DNA of 64,000 nucleotides from an uncultured Eubacteriales bacterium (GTDB taxonomy: Bacteria > Acidobacteriota > Aminicenantia > Aminicenantales > Aminicenantaceae): assembly GCA_964348015.1 (NCBI GenBank), contig CAYGBC010000050.1:35643-99642 (forward strand), in the 5' to 3' direction. Of the stretch, positions 27,729 to 37,047 are shown piece by piece. The notes beneath the pieces are model-generated. The model saw only the letters and a list, made by a program, of their open reading frames with translations, was not told where the DNA came from and made no database searches. Every line of letters starts with the position of its first letter. Position 1 is the first letter of the stretch. A program made the position numbers and the translations under genes.

Positions 27729-29126
27729 TTATTCCACCTGATATTCTGCTTTTTGTGCGGATAGTCTTTTATGTTCTCGTCTTATTAAAAAACAAAAGAT
27801 TATCCAGATTACTGCTGCAACAACATTGACTCTTGCAAAGTTTTCGTTGCGGAAGTTGAGATATGTCGTGCCGATAAATACAGTCAAAGCGACCAATACA
27901 TCACCTGTTCGCACAAAAAAAGTATCTATGGCTGCCTTGGCTTTGTATTTAGCCTCCCTTGAAGTGATAAGAAAAAGGGCTCCCTTGGTTGTGTTCATGA
28001 GGGAGTAATCCGTACTATTTTCCAGAGTTTTGGTCCACCTGACTACAGCAAAAGATGCTCCGAGGCCGATTAAAAAGTATCCTCCGAGGGCGATGAAAGG
28101 TAGGAAGAGAACCGCTCCTCTGACACCAAACCATTTGAAAATCCGTGAAACAAGGAATAGCTGGATCAACATGCCCAGAAGATTGACAATCTCATTAAAA
28201 CCGGATTCTATTTTAGTGAAATATCGTACAGTTGCTTCTTCTGAATCCTCAATTTCTCCGGCTAATCGAGCTTCATTAGCTGACTGTTTCCATACATCAG
28301 ATCTAATGTATTCCCCAGTGGTGTTAACGTAATTGAGCATCAGAATCATAAAAGCAACAAAAATGAGGTAGCGGCTTTTTAGGATCAAGCGGAATCCCCC
28401 GCCTTTTTGGAGTGGTTTTTCCTGGGTTTTTTCTCCAACCTCGCTTTCAACAATACGAGCCGATGCCTTTTGTCTGATTCTTTTAACCTCTCTTTTATGG
28501 ATAATAATCGTTAAGACAATGGAAATTACTAAGATAGCACCAGCCAGAAGCATAAATTGATAAACACTCAGTGGCCCCTCTGGCTGCACGAGATTTTTAG
28601 TTACCTTTGCTCCAAGATAAGCACCTAAGCTTTGTCCTATCATGATTATCGGGAATAAGCGTTTTCCTGCTTGTTCTGTATATATATCGTTGGAAAATCC
28701 CCAAAATTGGGCGACAACAAAAACACCAAAAATTCCTAGCCAAATCCAAAAAACAACGCCTAGAATACTCAATGGAGTATTAAAAATTCCTAAAATATAA
28801 AAAAGCACTAAATTCGAGATAAAGAAGGAGGTTACAGAGACTATTAAAACGTTGCGTGGAATTTTAGAAGAGAGAAAGCTGAATATCTTTATAACGAAAA
28901 TAAGCAGAATGGCCACAGCTGCATAAAGATACGCTTCTTGAGAGGCTTCGTATTTTGTTAAGATTAGTCCTTTTCTGAGTGGTTTCAGAATAGAATAAGC
29001 GCCCATAATCAGAAATATATTGAGTAACAAAAAAAAGACTGTCAGGCCTTCACCTGGATGGATGACTGTGAAGAGCCTAAAAATTTTATAAATGAATCCA
29101 GACGGTTTTTCTTCAGCTGTCATCAT
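27729..29126 (-). CDS. TLC-family (ATP/ADP translocase-like, Npt1/Npt2) nucleotide transporter homolog 1
   Basis: About 12 TM segments. The N-terminal IFRLFTVIHPGEGLTVFFLLLNIFLIMGAYSILKPLRKGLIL and VVAQFWGFSNDIYTEQAGKRLFP match the FW.FAN.I...EAKR.Y hallmark of Rickettsia/Chlamydia Tlc/Npt proteins. The start is uncertain: ATG at 29126 or 29123, or TTG at 29141. Confidence 0.7.
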   Translation of the reverse strand: MMTAEEKPSGFIYKIFRLFTVIHPGEGLTVFFLLLNIFLIMGAYSILKPLRKGLILTKYEASQEAYLYAAVAILLIFVIKIFSFLSSKIPRNVLIVSVTSFFISNLVLFYILGIFNTPLSILGVVFWIWLGIFGVFVVAQFWGFSNDIYTEQAGKRLFPIIMIGQSLGAYLGAKVTKNLVQPEGPLSVYQFMLLAGAILVISIVLTIIIHKREVKRIRQKASARIVESEVGEKTQEKPLQKGGGFRLILKSRYLIFVAFMILMLNYVNTTGEYIRSDVWKQSANEARLAGEIEDSEEATVRYFTKIESGFNEIVNLLGMLIQLFLVSRIFKWFGVRGAVLFLPFIALGGYFLIGLGASFAVVRWTKTLENSTDYSLMNTTKGALFLITSREAKYKAKAAIDTFFVRTGDVLVALTVFIGTTYLNFRNENFARVNVVAAVIWIIFCFLIRREHKRLSAQKAEYQVE

Positions 29127-29240
29127 TTTTTCTTTTGCCAAAGGCTGCTCTGAATTCCCCGTCTAGACTTTCTGATATGCTTCGTTTTTTTATTTATCTT
29201 ATGCGCATCTTTATTCTTGAGCTATTGAGGCTGGACATAA

Positions 29241-30644
29241 TTATTTCGCTTGTTGTTCTATTCCTTTTGCTGATAGTTTTTTATGCTCTTTCATGACGAG
29301 AAAACAAATTACAATCATGATGCCAATCAAAAGGACGTTGAATGTCGCAAATCCTTCGGTCTTGAGTGCCAAATAAGTGGTTCCGAGGAAAACGAGTATG
29401 GCAGATAAAACATCGCCACTTCGGTGAAAGAAAGTGTCGATAGCTGCCTTGGCTTTGTATTTTTCTTCTCGTGAAGTGATGAGAAAGAGAGAATGGCGGG
29501 TGGTATTCATGAGCGAATAATCTGTTCCGTTTTCAGCCACTTTAACCCAATGGACCATCATCAGAGAGGCTCCGAGAGCGATGAGAAAATATCCGCCGAG
29601 AGCAATGAAAGGAAGGAAGAGAAGGGCAATCCTGACGCCAAACCACTTGAAGATTCGAGAGACAAGAAAAAGCTGGATGAACATCGCAACAAGATTAAAA
29701 TATTTCATGAATCCAGCATAAAACTGGCCGATGAATTCCTCTAAAGTTAATCCTCCTGTTTGGCCAGCTTCCACAGCTTCTACTCCGACGCGTTTGACAA
29801 ATTCCCCTAATATATATTCGCCATTCGTGTTAATAAAATTCAAGAGCAAAACAAGAAAGGCAATGTAGAGAAGATAACGTTTTTTGAAAAGAAGCTGAAA
29901 TCCACCTCCTTTTTCAAGCGGTTTGACCTGCTCTTTTTTTTCTGATTTTTCCTGGCTGATTTTTGCTTCCGCATAATCTGATCGTTTTGATTCTCTATTG
30001 TGAATAATCCAAGTCAATAATATGCATATTCCAAGGACTGCTCCTGCCACAAGCATCATTTGGTACAGGCCCAGGGGCACCACGAGCCGTTCCGCAATCG
30101 CGCTTCCAGAAAAAGCTCCGAAGGTTGCACCAAAAGCGACTAAAGGAAACAGTCTTTTTCCTGCCTCAGGCGTGTAGAGATCATTGGCAAAACCCCAGAA
30201 TTGGGCCACTACCATGACGTTGAATATTCCCACCCAAATGAAAAAGATAATACCCATGGTGCCGAGATCAATCCCACTGTAAGACAATCCAAAAAAGATG
30301 ACTAAGTTAGAAATAAAAAAGAGAGTCACCCATGTGATTAACTTCTGACGCGGGAACTTGGACGCGATGCCGCTGAATGCTTTAACCACAAAAACAAGCA
30401 AGACGGCAATGGCGGCAGAAAGATAGCTTTTCATTTCTGCCCCTTTTCCGGCTAAAATGAGGGCTTCTCTCACAGGTTTTATGATGTAATAAGCTGCCAG
30501 AAGAAGAAAGACGTTGAACATCAAAAGAAAAGCCGTGAGAGCTTCACCAGGATGGATGACTGTGAAAAGTCTGAGAATTTTGTATCCTATTCCTCCCGAT
30601 TTGGCTCCAGATGCAAGCGCGACTCGAGGATTATCATTATTCAT
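29241..30644 (-). CDS. TLC-family (ATP/ADP translocase-like) nucleotide transporter homolog 2
   Basis: It is a paralog of the previous gene (ILRLFTVIHPGEALTAFLLMFNVFLLLAAYYIIKPVREALIL; VVAQFWGFANDLYTPEAGKRLFP). SD GGAGGGG lies 5 nt upstream of the ATG. Confidence 0.7.
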   Translation of the reverse strand: MNNDNPRVALASGAKSGGIGYKILRLFTVIHPGEALTAFLLMFNVFLLLAAYYIIKPVREALILAGKGAEMKSYLSAAIAVLLVFVVKAFSGIASKFPRQKLITWVTLFFISNLVIFFGLSYSGIDLGTMGIIFFIWVGIFNVMVVAQFWGFANDLYTPEAGKRLFPLVAFGATFGAFSGSAIAERLVVPLGLYQMMLVAGAVLGICILLTWIIHNRESKRSDYAEAKISQEKSEKKEQVKPLEKGGGFQLLFKKRYLLYIAFLVLLLNFINTNGEYILGEFVKRVGVEAVEAGQTGGLTLEEFIGQFYAGFMKYFNLVAMFIQLFLVSRIFKWFGVRIALLFLPFIALGGYFLIALGASLMMVHWVKVAENGTDYSLMNTTRHSLFLITSREEKYKAKAAIDTFFHRSGDVLSAILVFLGTTYLALKTEGFATFNVLLIGIMIVICFLVMKEHKKLSAKGIEQQAK

Positions 30645-30781
30645 TGAATCCCCTCCTTTTTTCTTGAATGCAATGGTTATGCAAATCCCTTTTTCTTGGC
30701 CTGGAATACTTTGCTTTTAAGGTGGGTTGAGTTGAGATGGTAATAGACTCCAACCAAAGCGTTTGGAATAAATTTATCAGC

Positions 30782-30810
30782 ACTATATTTAAATCGAGAA
30801 GGGATGTCAA
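30782..30810 (-). promoter_or_regulatory. Sigma70-like promoter (TTGACA-17-TATAGT) for the TLC2-TLC1 pair
   Basis: The minus strand reads TTGACA TCCCTTCTCGATTTAAA TATAGT: -35 at 30805-30810, -10 at 30782-30787. It lies about 135 nt upstream of the TLC2 ATG. Confidence 0.5.
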
Positions 30811-31031
30811 CCATCAAAGGAACAAAATCTGCGCCGATTTTTTCCACTATTCCTGTGAATATCCTTGTTGAAAAATGCAGGGTGGGGCATTTTAAAAAAT
30901 TGATTTTTTTACAATTCCGGGAAGTTGCACAATTTTTGGTCACCTGATTTTTGCTGTGAAATGAGTCCTAAAATGACGGGCAGCTACGGGTCAGAATGAG
31001 GGTTTTAATGCTGATAAAAGAAGGTGTGGCA

Positions 31032-31832
31032 TTAAAAAAGGACTGCGGCTTCCCCTTTTTCTTCGATCAGTTTTTGAATCGTTTCAATAATCAGTTTTTT
31101 CCGTCCCAGCAACGCATCAATCTCGTCTTTATTCAGATATTTTTTCAATTTTGATTTTATCTTTTTGTCTTCTATTTTCTGCAAGTTCTGGTAGAGCTTC
31201 CTCGAGCAGCGAGTGATTTCGCATCCTTCGATGAGCTTCGGCAAAGGTTTGAAAGCCTCGGAGAAATCGACTCTCCAGACCTTCCATTCGTCTGTAATTA
31301 AAATATCCTGAAGGTCGGATTGCTGGCAGAGTGATGTGTCATAGACGAGATACTCGAATATTTTAATTTCCTCGAGCGTATTAAAGAAACTCTCAGGATC
31401 GGGGGGCGCGATTTTTTTTAGCCGGCGTTCTCCTTCATCCCAAAGAAGACTGACTAATATTTGAAGCGAGCCCTTTCTCCCACCTAAATTTCGCTCAACA
31501 ACGGGTGGGATTATGTTAAGGTCGAGCAATTTATCCAGCTCATACGCAGCGAGTCCGTATATATAGCTGTCGGTGGGCACTCTCGGTCTCTGGTAATTTG
31601 AAAATTTGAGAAATCCTCTTTTTTTGATACCGCCGACATCAAGATGCACAAAATAAGAATCTCCTCTTGTCCCACTCGGTCTCCTGTTGCTTATGGTGGC
31701 TTTTTTCAAATATTTTTCGGTTTCTTTAATATCGAAGCTCTCTTGATTGCCCCAGAGAAAGTTGGAAAATGTTAAAACAGCGATGACAAAGAAGGCAATG
31801 AAAGCGCGTTCTAAACTTTTTTCGGTTTTCAT
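31032..31832 (-). CDS. Exported paralog C of the PI4K-like family with degenerate catalytic motifs (pseudokinase-like)
   Basis: N-terminal hydrophobic segment AFIAFFVIAVLTFSNFLWG. It keeps GLAAYELDKLLDLNIIPPVVER and GSLQIL. Where A and B have NEDRHQN it has CQQSDLQ, and where they have IDHSR it has VDFSE. Confidence 0.55.
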   Translation of the reverse strand: MKTEKSLERAFIAFFVIAVLTFSNFLWGNQESFDIKETEKYLKKATISNRRPSGTRGDSYFVHLDVGGIKKRGFLKFSNYQRPRVPTDSYIYGLAAYELDKLLDLNIIPPVVERNLGGRKGSLQILVSLLWDEGERRLKKIAPPDPESFFNTLEEIKIFEYLVYDTSLCQQSDLQDILITDEWKVWRVDFSEAFKPLPKLIEGCEITRCSRKLYQNLQKIEDKKIKSKLKKYLNKDEIDALLGRKKLIIETIQKLIEEKGEAAVLF

Positions 31833-31875
31833 GATCCTTCCTCCATTGCGAAGGTATATAAATCTGTGTTCGGGT

Positions 31876-33093
31876 TCAGGATTTGATAGAAAGCCATAGC
31901 GCGTTAATTGTTATTGAAAAGACAAGACGCATCTCCTTTGACTTGCCGTTGACAAAGGTCGAAGCCTCTTCACCTATCCGGGGTTTGAGCCATGGTTTAA
32001 AGAGCTGTTTTTCAGAGCTCTCGATAATCAAAGCGCTGAGTTTACCTTGTGGGTAGACACTGGATATATTGGTGTCGATGATCCAGACTTTTCCGCTGTA
32101 TCGGCTCATCTCTGCTTCGTTTTTCACTTGCTGAGGAGTATGAGCCGTCACGATGGATGTGGCACTGAGATTTTTTAATATTTTATCCAAAATCGGCTCA
32201 AACTCAGGACCCCTGTAGGAGTAATCCCTGTACCAGAGCGGTCCATTCTCATCGAAGACAATTTCATAAGTGGGACGAGGTTCTCGGCCGAGCAAACGCG
32301 CAACCCGAAACATATCGAGTTCCCTGCGGAGACGGTCATTCAGTTTTTTCAACGGCCAGGTTGAATATTTTTCACTGATTCCTCCGTGGACGAATACGAT
32401 GCCGTTAATTTTGATCACAGCATTGTGTTGAAGGATCCATGGGGCGTAATTTTTATTGAATTCTCTGATGTAATGCCACCGCACATGACGCCTTGTCAAG
32501 AGAGTGACATTCATAGAATTCCGAATTTTTTCCTCCCAGAAGGCTCTGATATTTGGATTGATTTCGGATTTGCTGTCATCTTCATCGGAGGATGGGATCC
32601 TGAGCCTTTTTCTGATTTTTCTCTCTTCCTTCTCGATGTATTCAGCAGGGAGGAAAGACATCAACTGCTCGACAGGCACGTAGCCCCTTCTGTCGAAGGC
32701 GATATCGCTGATATTCATTTCTTCGTGGTTGCCGATCAGCATGTGGACTTTGCCCCCGGCTTCCTCGGCTTCCTCTTCTAACTTTTTCAAAAGAACAAAG
32801 ATTTTTTTCGCATCAGGGCCTCTGTCCATGATATCGCCGATCTGCACGAGATGGGTTTTTCCCGCTATCCAGCGGAGGTTATCATCTAAGATCCCATTTT
32901 CTGGGTCTTTCAATATTTCGATAAAGTTATCATAGTCTCCGTGAAGGTCTCCGACAGCCACAATCCTCTCCACGCCGGTCCATTCGCAGCGGATGTCTTC
33001 GGAGAACAGATTTGTGAAAAAGACTAAAATGAATACAGAAATGATTGTGAAACGACAGAGTTTTGGCGCCAGAGTTTTATTTAATTCGCGCAT
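31876..33093 (-). CDS. Exported/membrane-anchored PPP-family metallophosphoesterase (Shelph-like Ser/Thr phosphatase)
   Basis: PPP signatures are present: VGDLHGD, GDIMDRGPD, GNHE, VHGG. The N-terminus CRFTIISVFILVFFTNLF is hydrophobic. It lies 43 nt upstream of paralog C on the same strand. Confidence 0.75.
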   Translation of the reverse strand: MRELNKTLAPKLCRFTIISVFILVFFTNLFSEDIRCEWTGVERIVAVGDLHGDYDNFIEILKDPENGILDDNLRWIAGKTHLVQIGDIMDRGPDAKKIFVLLKKLEEEAEEAGGKVHMLIGNHEEMNISDIAFDRRGYVPVEQLMSFLPAEYIEKEERKIRKRLRIPSSDEDDSKSEINPNIRAFWEEKIRNSMNVTLLTRRHVRWHYIREFNKNYAPWILQHNAVIKINGIVFVHGGISEKYSTWPLKKLNDRLRRELDMFRVARLLGREPRPTYEIVFDENGPLWYRDYSYRGPEFEPILDKILKNLSATSIVTAHTPQQVKNEAEMSRYSGKVWIIDTNISSVYPQGKLSALIIESSEKQLFKPWLKPRIGEEASTFVNGKSKEMRLVFSITINALWLSIKS

Positions 33094-33287
33094 CTCGCGT
33101 ATTTCCCCTCATTATCTGAAATTCATCTCTTCACTTATATAGTAATTTAATGCAGGGGAATGTCAAGGTTCTTCATAGACATTGATTTTATAACTCATTG
33201 AATTTATTCCATTTTGGCGGTTCTGCTTGACTATTTTCTCTGGAGTTGGTATTTTTCTTTTCACAAGCTTTCAAGGGATCCTGAAAG

Positions 33288-36044
33288 ATGAAATGCCCGC
33301 AGTGTCAAAAAGAGAATCCAGACGACAGCCATTTTTGCAGTCACTGTGGATCCAAGGTTCATTCACCGGATAAGCCTCCGGCCCATCCCACAAAGACCGT
33401 CGAAGTCCCATCCGAGGAATTGAACGTGGGAAGTACGTTCGCGGGACGATACAAGATCGTCAAAGAGTTGGGGCGAGGAGGAATGGGGGTCGTCTATAAG
33501 ACTCAAGACACCAAACTCAAGAGAGAAGTCGCCTTGAAATCTCTTTCCCCCCAACTCCTGGGAGACGAAACAAAAGTCCGTTTTGTACGCGAAGCTCAAG
33601 CCGCCGCTGCCCTGAACCATCCGAATATCTGCACGGTGTACGAAATTGATGAATCCAAGGGAAAATCTTTCATTGCCATGGAATACATCGAAGGCCAAAC
33701 ACTCAAAGAAAAAACGGCGATGAGACCTCTGAACCTCAACGAAGCTCTGGAGATCGGGATTCAGATCGCAGACGGCCTCCGGCATGCGCATGACAAAGGC
33801 ATCGTTCACCGGGATATCAAGAGCTCGAATATCATGATCAAAAAAAACGGCCAGGCAAAAGTGATGGATTTTGGACTGGCCAAGCTTATCGGGAGCACCA
33901 TGGTGACACGCGAAGGAACAACTCTGGGAACCATATCGTACATGTCACCTGAGCAGGCCCAGGGTAAAGCAGTGGATCAGCGGTCTGATATTTGGTCGTT
34001 GGGAGTTGTTTTGTATGAATTGGTGTCGGGCCAATTGCCTTTTCTCGGAGAACATGATCAGGCCGTGATCTATTCGATTATCAATGACGAGCCGCTGCCT
34101 GTCACCTCTCTTCGCAGCGGAGTCCCGTTGGAATTTGAAAGGATTATTCATAAATGCCTGGAGAAGGATCCGGACTTTCGGTATCAGAACACGATTGACC
34201 TTCAAGCGGACCTCAAGCGGATGAAGAGAGATTTCGAAAAAGAAAAAGTCACGTCTGTGGCCACCACAATTCTTGCCAAACCGCGGAAAAGAAAGAGGAG
34301 TAAAGTGTCTCCGATTATTCTATGGGTGGCCATCTCGATTTGTGCAGTGACGCTCTTACTCGCGTTGTCCTTTTCTCTCTTCAAGCCTCAAAAGCCCACA
34401 AGTGAATTCAATCTGTTTCCGTTTACAGGAGGAGACGAGGTTTCCGTGTTTCCCAGCTGGTCTCCGGATGGAATGTGGATTGTCTACGCGTCGGATGAGG
34501 GAGGAAATCTGGATATCTGGAAAAAGTCGATTGAAGGGAGTGAAGCGATTCGAATCACATCCAGCCCTTATAATGAAAATGAACCTGCCTTTTCTCCGGA
34601 CGGGCGTCAGATTGCATTTTCCAGCGATCGGGAAGGCAGTGGAATTTTCATCATTCTCGCAGAAGGAGGAACCCCATTCCGTTTAACAGATTTTGGAGTT
34701 CGCCCTTCCTGGTCGCCGGATGGAAAGACTCTGGCTTTTGATCTGTACGGAGATATATATCTCACCCCCTCCACAGAAAATGAGCCCAGGCTTGAGGTGA
34801 GAGGAACAAGCGGCATTCCGTACACGGTGTGGTCTCCGGATGGGGAAAGGATTCTTTTCTGGAATCGAACCAAAGGGGATGTTTATGTGCGTTCTCTCAA
34901 GAATGGGAATTCAGAGCCGTTGGGATTAGTTCCCGCTGGGCAGGAAATTTCCGGCCTGGCCTTATCGAATGATGGACGGGTGTTGGTCATGAGCCGCGGT
35001 TCTTTCGGAGGGAATAAAAACCTGCTCAGAGTGAATCTCAATCCCAAGACTTTAAAACCCATAGGGAGCCCGGCTCATCTCTCTGTCACTTCCACAGAAG
35101 ATATTCAATGTGCTCTTTCTCCGGATGGGACCAGGCTGGCCTTCAGAGCGTCCCAGTTAGAGCGTCACCTTTGGGCCTTTCCATTAGACACAGATGAAGG
35201 TTCACTCAAAGGGGAGGGAAGAAGAATCACTTTTAAGAGCCAGCTCAATTACTATCCTGCGTGTTCTTCAGATGGACAGATGTTAGTTTGGACATCGCAT
35301 TTTGCAGGCAAAGGAGTATTGTGCACAAAAAACCTTGGAGAGGGCGAAGAGAGCAAAACAACTCTGGAATGGGGACGGAAGGTCAGGGAAGTCGGCGGGA
35401 GTTTCTCTCCCGATGGCAAACGGATATGTTATTCTTCGACGATTAATGGCTCCTATGAGCTCTGGATCCTTCCGTCTTTGCGAACTGTCGCAAGAAAGTT
35501 GACCTCTCCGGACGAACGGCAGCGGGACACTTTGACCGCTTGGTCTCCGAAAGCAGACACCATCGCATTTTATTCGAATCGAAGTCAGAGCTGGGATATA
35601 TGGACCGTTCAGGTCGGCGGGGCGGACCAGCCCAAGCAGCTCACTCCTTGGGAAAGCAATGAGCAGTATCCCTGCTGGTCCCCGGATGGGCAGAGAATTG
35701 CGTTTAAAACGACCCAAGAGGGAAATGCGGATATATGGATAATGAATTCGGACGGAGGAAACCCCCGGCCCTATATAAAGCACCCGGCTGAAGAATGCTG
35801 GTCCTCGTGGTCTCCGGATGGACGATGGTTTTATTTTGTTTCGAATCGCGGGGGAGTATTTAATGTCTGGGCGAGGGCGACAGAGAGTGGCGAGATTCAC
35901 CAGGTCACTCACTATAGCGGTCAGTCTCAAGGACTTCCGGATGCAGGCTTATTCACCAAATTTGCTGTGACTCCGACACACCTGATAATCCCGCTGGAAT
36001 CCCGAGAAGGGAATTTGTATATACTCGAGAATTTGAAAAATTAA
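33288..36044 (+). CDS. Hanks-type Ser/Thr kinase with N-terminal zinc ribbon, TM segment and two extracytoplasmic TolB/PD40-type beta-propellers
   Basis: Zinc ribbon CPQCQKENPDDSHFCSHCG. Kinase motifs: GRGGMGVVYK, HRDIKSSNIMI, DFG, SYMSPE. The TM segment is ILWVAISICAVTLLLALSFSLF. Many WSPDG/FSPDG repeats typical of PD40 follow. Confidence 0.9.
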   Translation: MKCPQCQKENPDDSHFCSHCGSKVHSPDKPPAHPTKTVEVPSEELNVGSTFAGRYKIVKELGRGGMGVVYKTQDTKLKREVALKSLSPQLLGDETKVRFVREAQAAAALNHPNICTVYEIDESKGKSFIAMEYIEGQTLKEKTAMRPLNLNEALEIGIQIADGLRHAHDKGIVHRDIKSSNIMIKKNGQAKVMDFGLAKLIGSTMVTREGTTLGTISYMSPEQAQGKAVDQRSDIWSLGVVLYELVSGQLPFLGEHDQAVIYSIINDEPLPVTSLRSGVPLEFERIIHKCLEKDPDFRYQNTIDLQADLKRMKRDFEKEKVTSVATTILAKPRKRKRSKVSPIILWVAISICAVTLLLALSFSLFKPQKPTSEFNLFPFTGGDEVSVFPSWSPDGMWIVYASDEGGNLDIWKKSIEGSEAIRITSSPYNENEPAFSPDGRQIAFSSDREGSGIFIILAEGGTPFRLTDFGVRPSWSPDGKTLAFDLYGDIYLTPSTENEPRLEVRGTSGIPYTVWSPDGERILFWNRTKGDVYVRSLKNGNSEPLGLVPAGQEISGLALSNDGRVLVMSRGSFGGNKNLLRVNLNPKTLKPIGSPAHLSVTSTEDIQCALSPDGTRLAFRASQLERHLWAFPLDTDEGSLKGEGRRITFKSQLNYYPACSSDGQMLVWTSHFAGKGVLCTKNLGEGEESKTTLEWGRKVREVGGSFSPDGKRICYSSTINGSYELWILPSLRTVARKLTSPDERQRDTLTAWSPKADTIAFYSNRSQSWDIWTVQVGGADQPKQLTPWESNEQYPCWSPDGQRIAFKTTQEGNADIWIMNSDGGNPRPYIKHPAEECWSSWSPDGRWFYFVSNRGGVFNVWARATESGEIHQVTHYSGQSQGLPDAGLFTKFAVTPTHLIIPLESREGNLYILENLKN

Positions 36045-36106
36045 GCCTTACCTACAGATATTATTAATCTTTACATCTTCATGTAAAAAAAGTAATATAA
36101 AATCAA

Positions 36107-36457
36107 ATGGTGGTTGAAAAGGAAAGGCGGATATCTCCGAGGGTTCCGGTCGAGGTCAATCTGCGGCTGTGCAGAGATGAGAAAGTCGAGAAAAAGTCAA
36201 AAGGAATAATTAAAAATATTACACTCGATGGGCTGTGCGTGGAGACCGATTTGCCTGCCTCAGTGGGTTCTGATCTGGTGTTCAGCCTTGATACGCCGTG
36301 CGAGTTTAAATTCAACATATTCGGAAAAATCATCTGGCAGGAAAAGAAAGGCGATCTCTTCAGGTACGGGACGAAATTCACAAAGCTGGAAATCACAGAA
36401 AAGCCCGACCTCTACAAGTTCATCCTTGTGACGATGTGCTTGAACGAGCAGCAATAA
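36107..36457 (+). CDS. PilZ-domain protein (candidate c-di-GMP receptor)
   Basis: 116 aa with RRISPR (RxxxR-type) followed by NITLDG (D/N-x-S/T-x-x-G), the two PilZ binding motifs. Confidence 0.65.
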   Translation: MVVEKERRISPRVPVEVNLRLCRDEKVEKKSKGIIKNITLDGLCVETDLPASVGSDLVFSLDTPCEFKFNIFGKIIWQEKKGDLFRYGTKFTKLEITEKPDLYKFILVTMCLNEQQ

Positions 36458-36557
36458 TCATCTCTGAATTCAAGACTCAATTTCTCTTTGGAATCCTTTG
36501 GATTCATTCGGAAAATAAACATTATAAATAATATAAACAATGGATATAAATAATGGA

Positions 36558-36586
36558 TTGACTTTAAATTTTTCTTTTGATAAAAA
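36558..36586 (+). promoter_or_regulatory. Sigma70-like promoter with extended -10 (TTGACT-17-TAAAAA, TGa upstream)
   Basis: TTGACT at 36558-36563, TG at 36578-36579, TAAAAA at 36581-36586. It lies about 80 nt upstream of the STAS gene and is preceded by direct repeats TATAAATAAT (36524.. and 36545..). Confidence 0.4.
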
Positions 36587-36664
36587 GCTAAAGAGAAGAA
36601 GCAGTCTGATAAGGAACTGCCCGAAAATAATAGAGAAATAAGGTCTTCAGAAAGGAAGAATGAT

Positions 36665-37012
36665 ATGGAAATAAACGCAAGAGAAAAAGATGATGTCGTA
36701 ATCTTTGATATTGAGGGGGAAATCAGAAGATCGGATATATCAGACATCACTCTTCACCAGCTCGTTAAAGACCAATTGGACTCCGGAAAGAGAAATATCC
36801 TCCTCAATTTTCAAAATGTTGAATTCATCGACAGTTTTGGAGTCGGGGAAATACTGGCGAGCTATATTTCCACTAACAATTTGGGCGGTAAACTGAAGAT
36901 CGCAAAGATATCCAAAAAACTTTATCTTGTTTTCCAGGTCACAATGCTCACGAAGGTTCTTGAAATATTCGATGAAGAAGACGTGGCCTTAGACAGCTTC
37001 GAAAAAGAATAG
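36665..37012 (+). CDS. STAS-domain anti-sigma-factor antagonist (SpoIIAA/RsbV-like)
   Basis: 115 aa with VVIFDIEGEI.. and the conserved phosphorylatable serine context EFIDSFGVGEIL (Ser57 by my count). Confidence 0.85.
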   Translation: MEINAREKDDVVIFDIEGEIRRSDISDITLHQLVKDQLDSGKRNILLNFQNVEFIDSFGVGEILASYISTNNLGGKLKIAKISKKLYLVFQVTMLTKVLEIFDEEDVALDSFEKE

Positions 37013-37047
37013 CCTTCGCCGCAGATTTCTTAGGGTTATAGCAATTT

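Noticed and set aside
30677-30943. 88-aa ORF on the - strand between TLC2 and PI4K-like paralog C
   Set aside because: It has no RBS and a K/F/N-rich composition. A near-consensus promoter for the TLC genes (30782-30810) and a hairpin (30872-30893) lie inside it, so the region is more likely 5' UTR and regulatory.
35283-35930. 215-aa minus-strand ORF; also 42401-43048 (215 aa) and 40682-41221 (179 aa)
   Set aside because: All are antisense shadows inside long, motif-supported genes (the STK2 propeller region, the PP2C gene and the TLC-HEAT gene), and none has an RBS.
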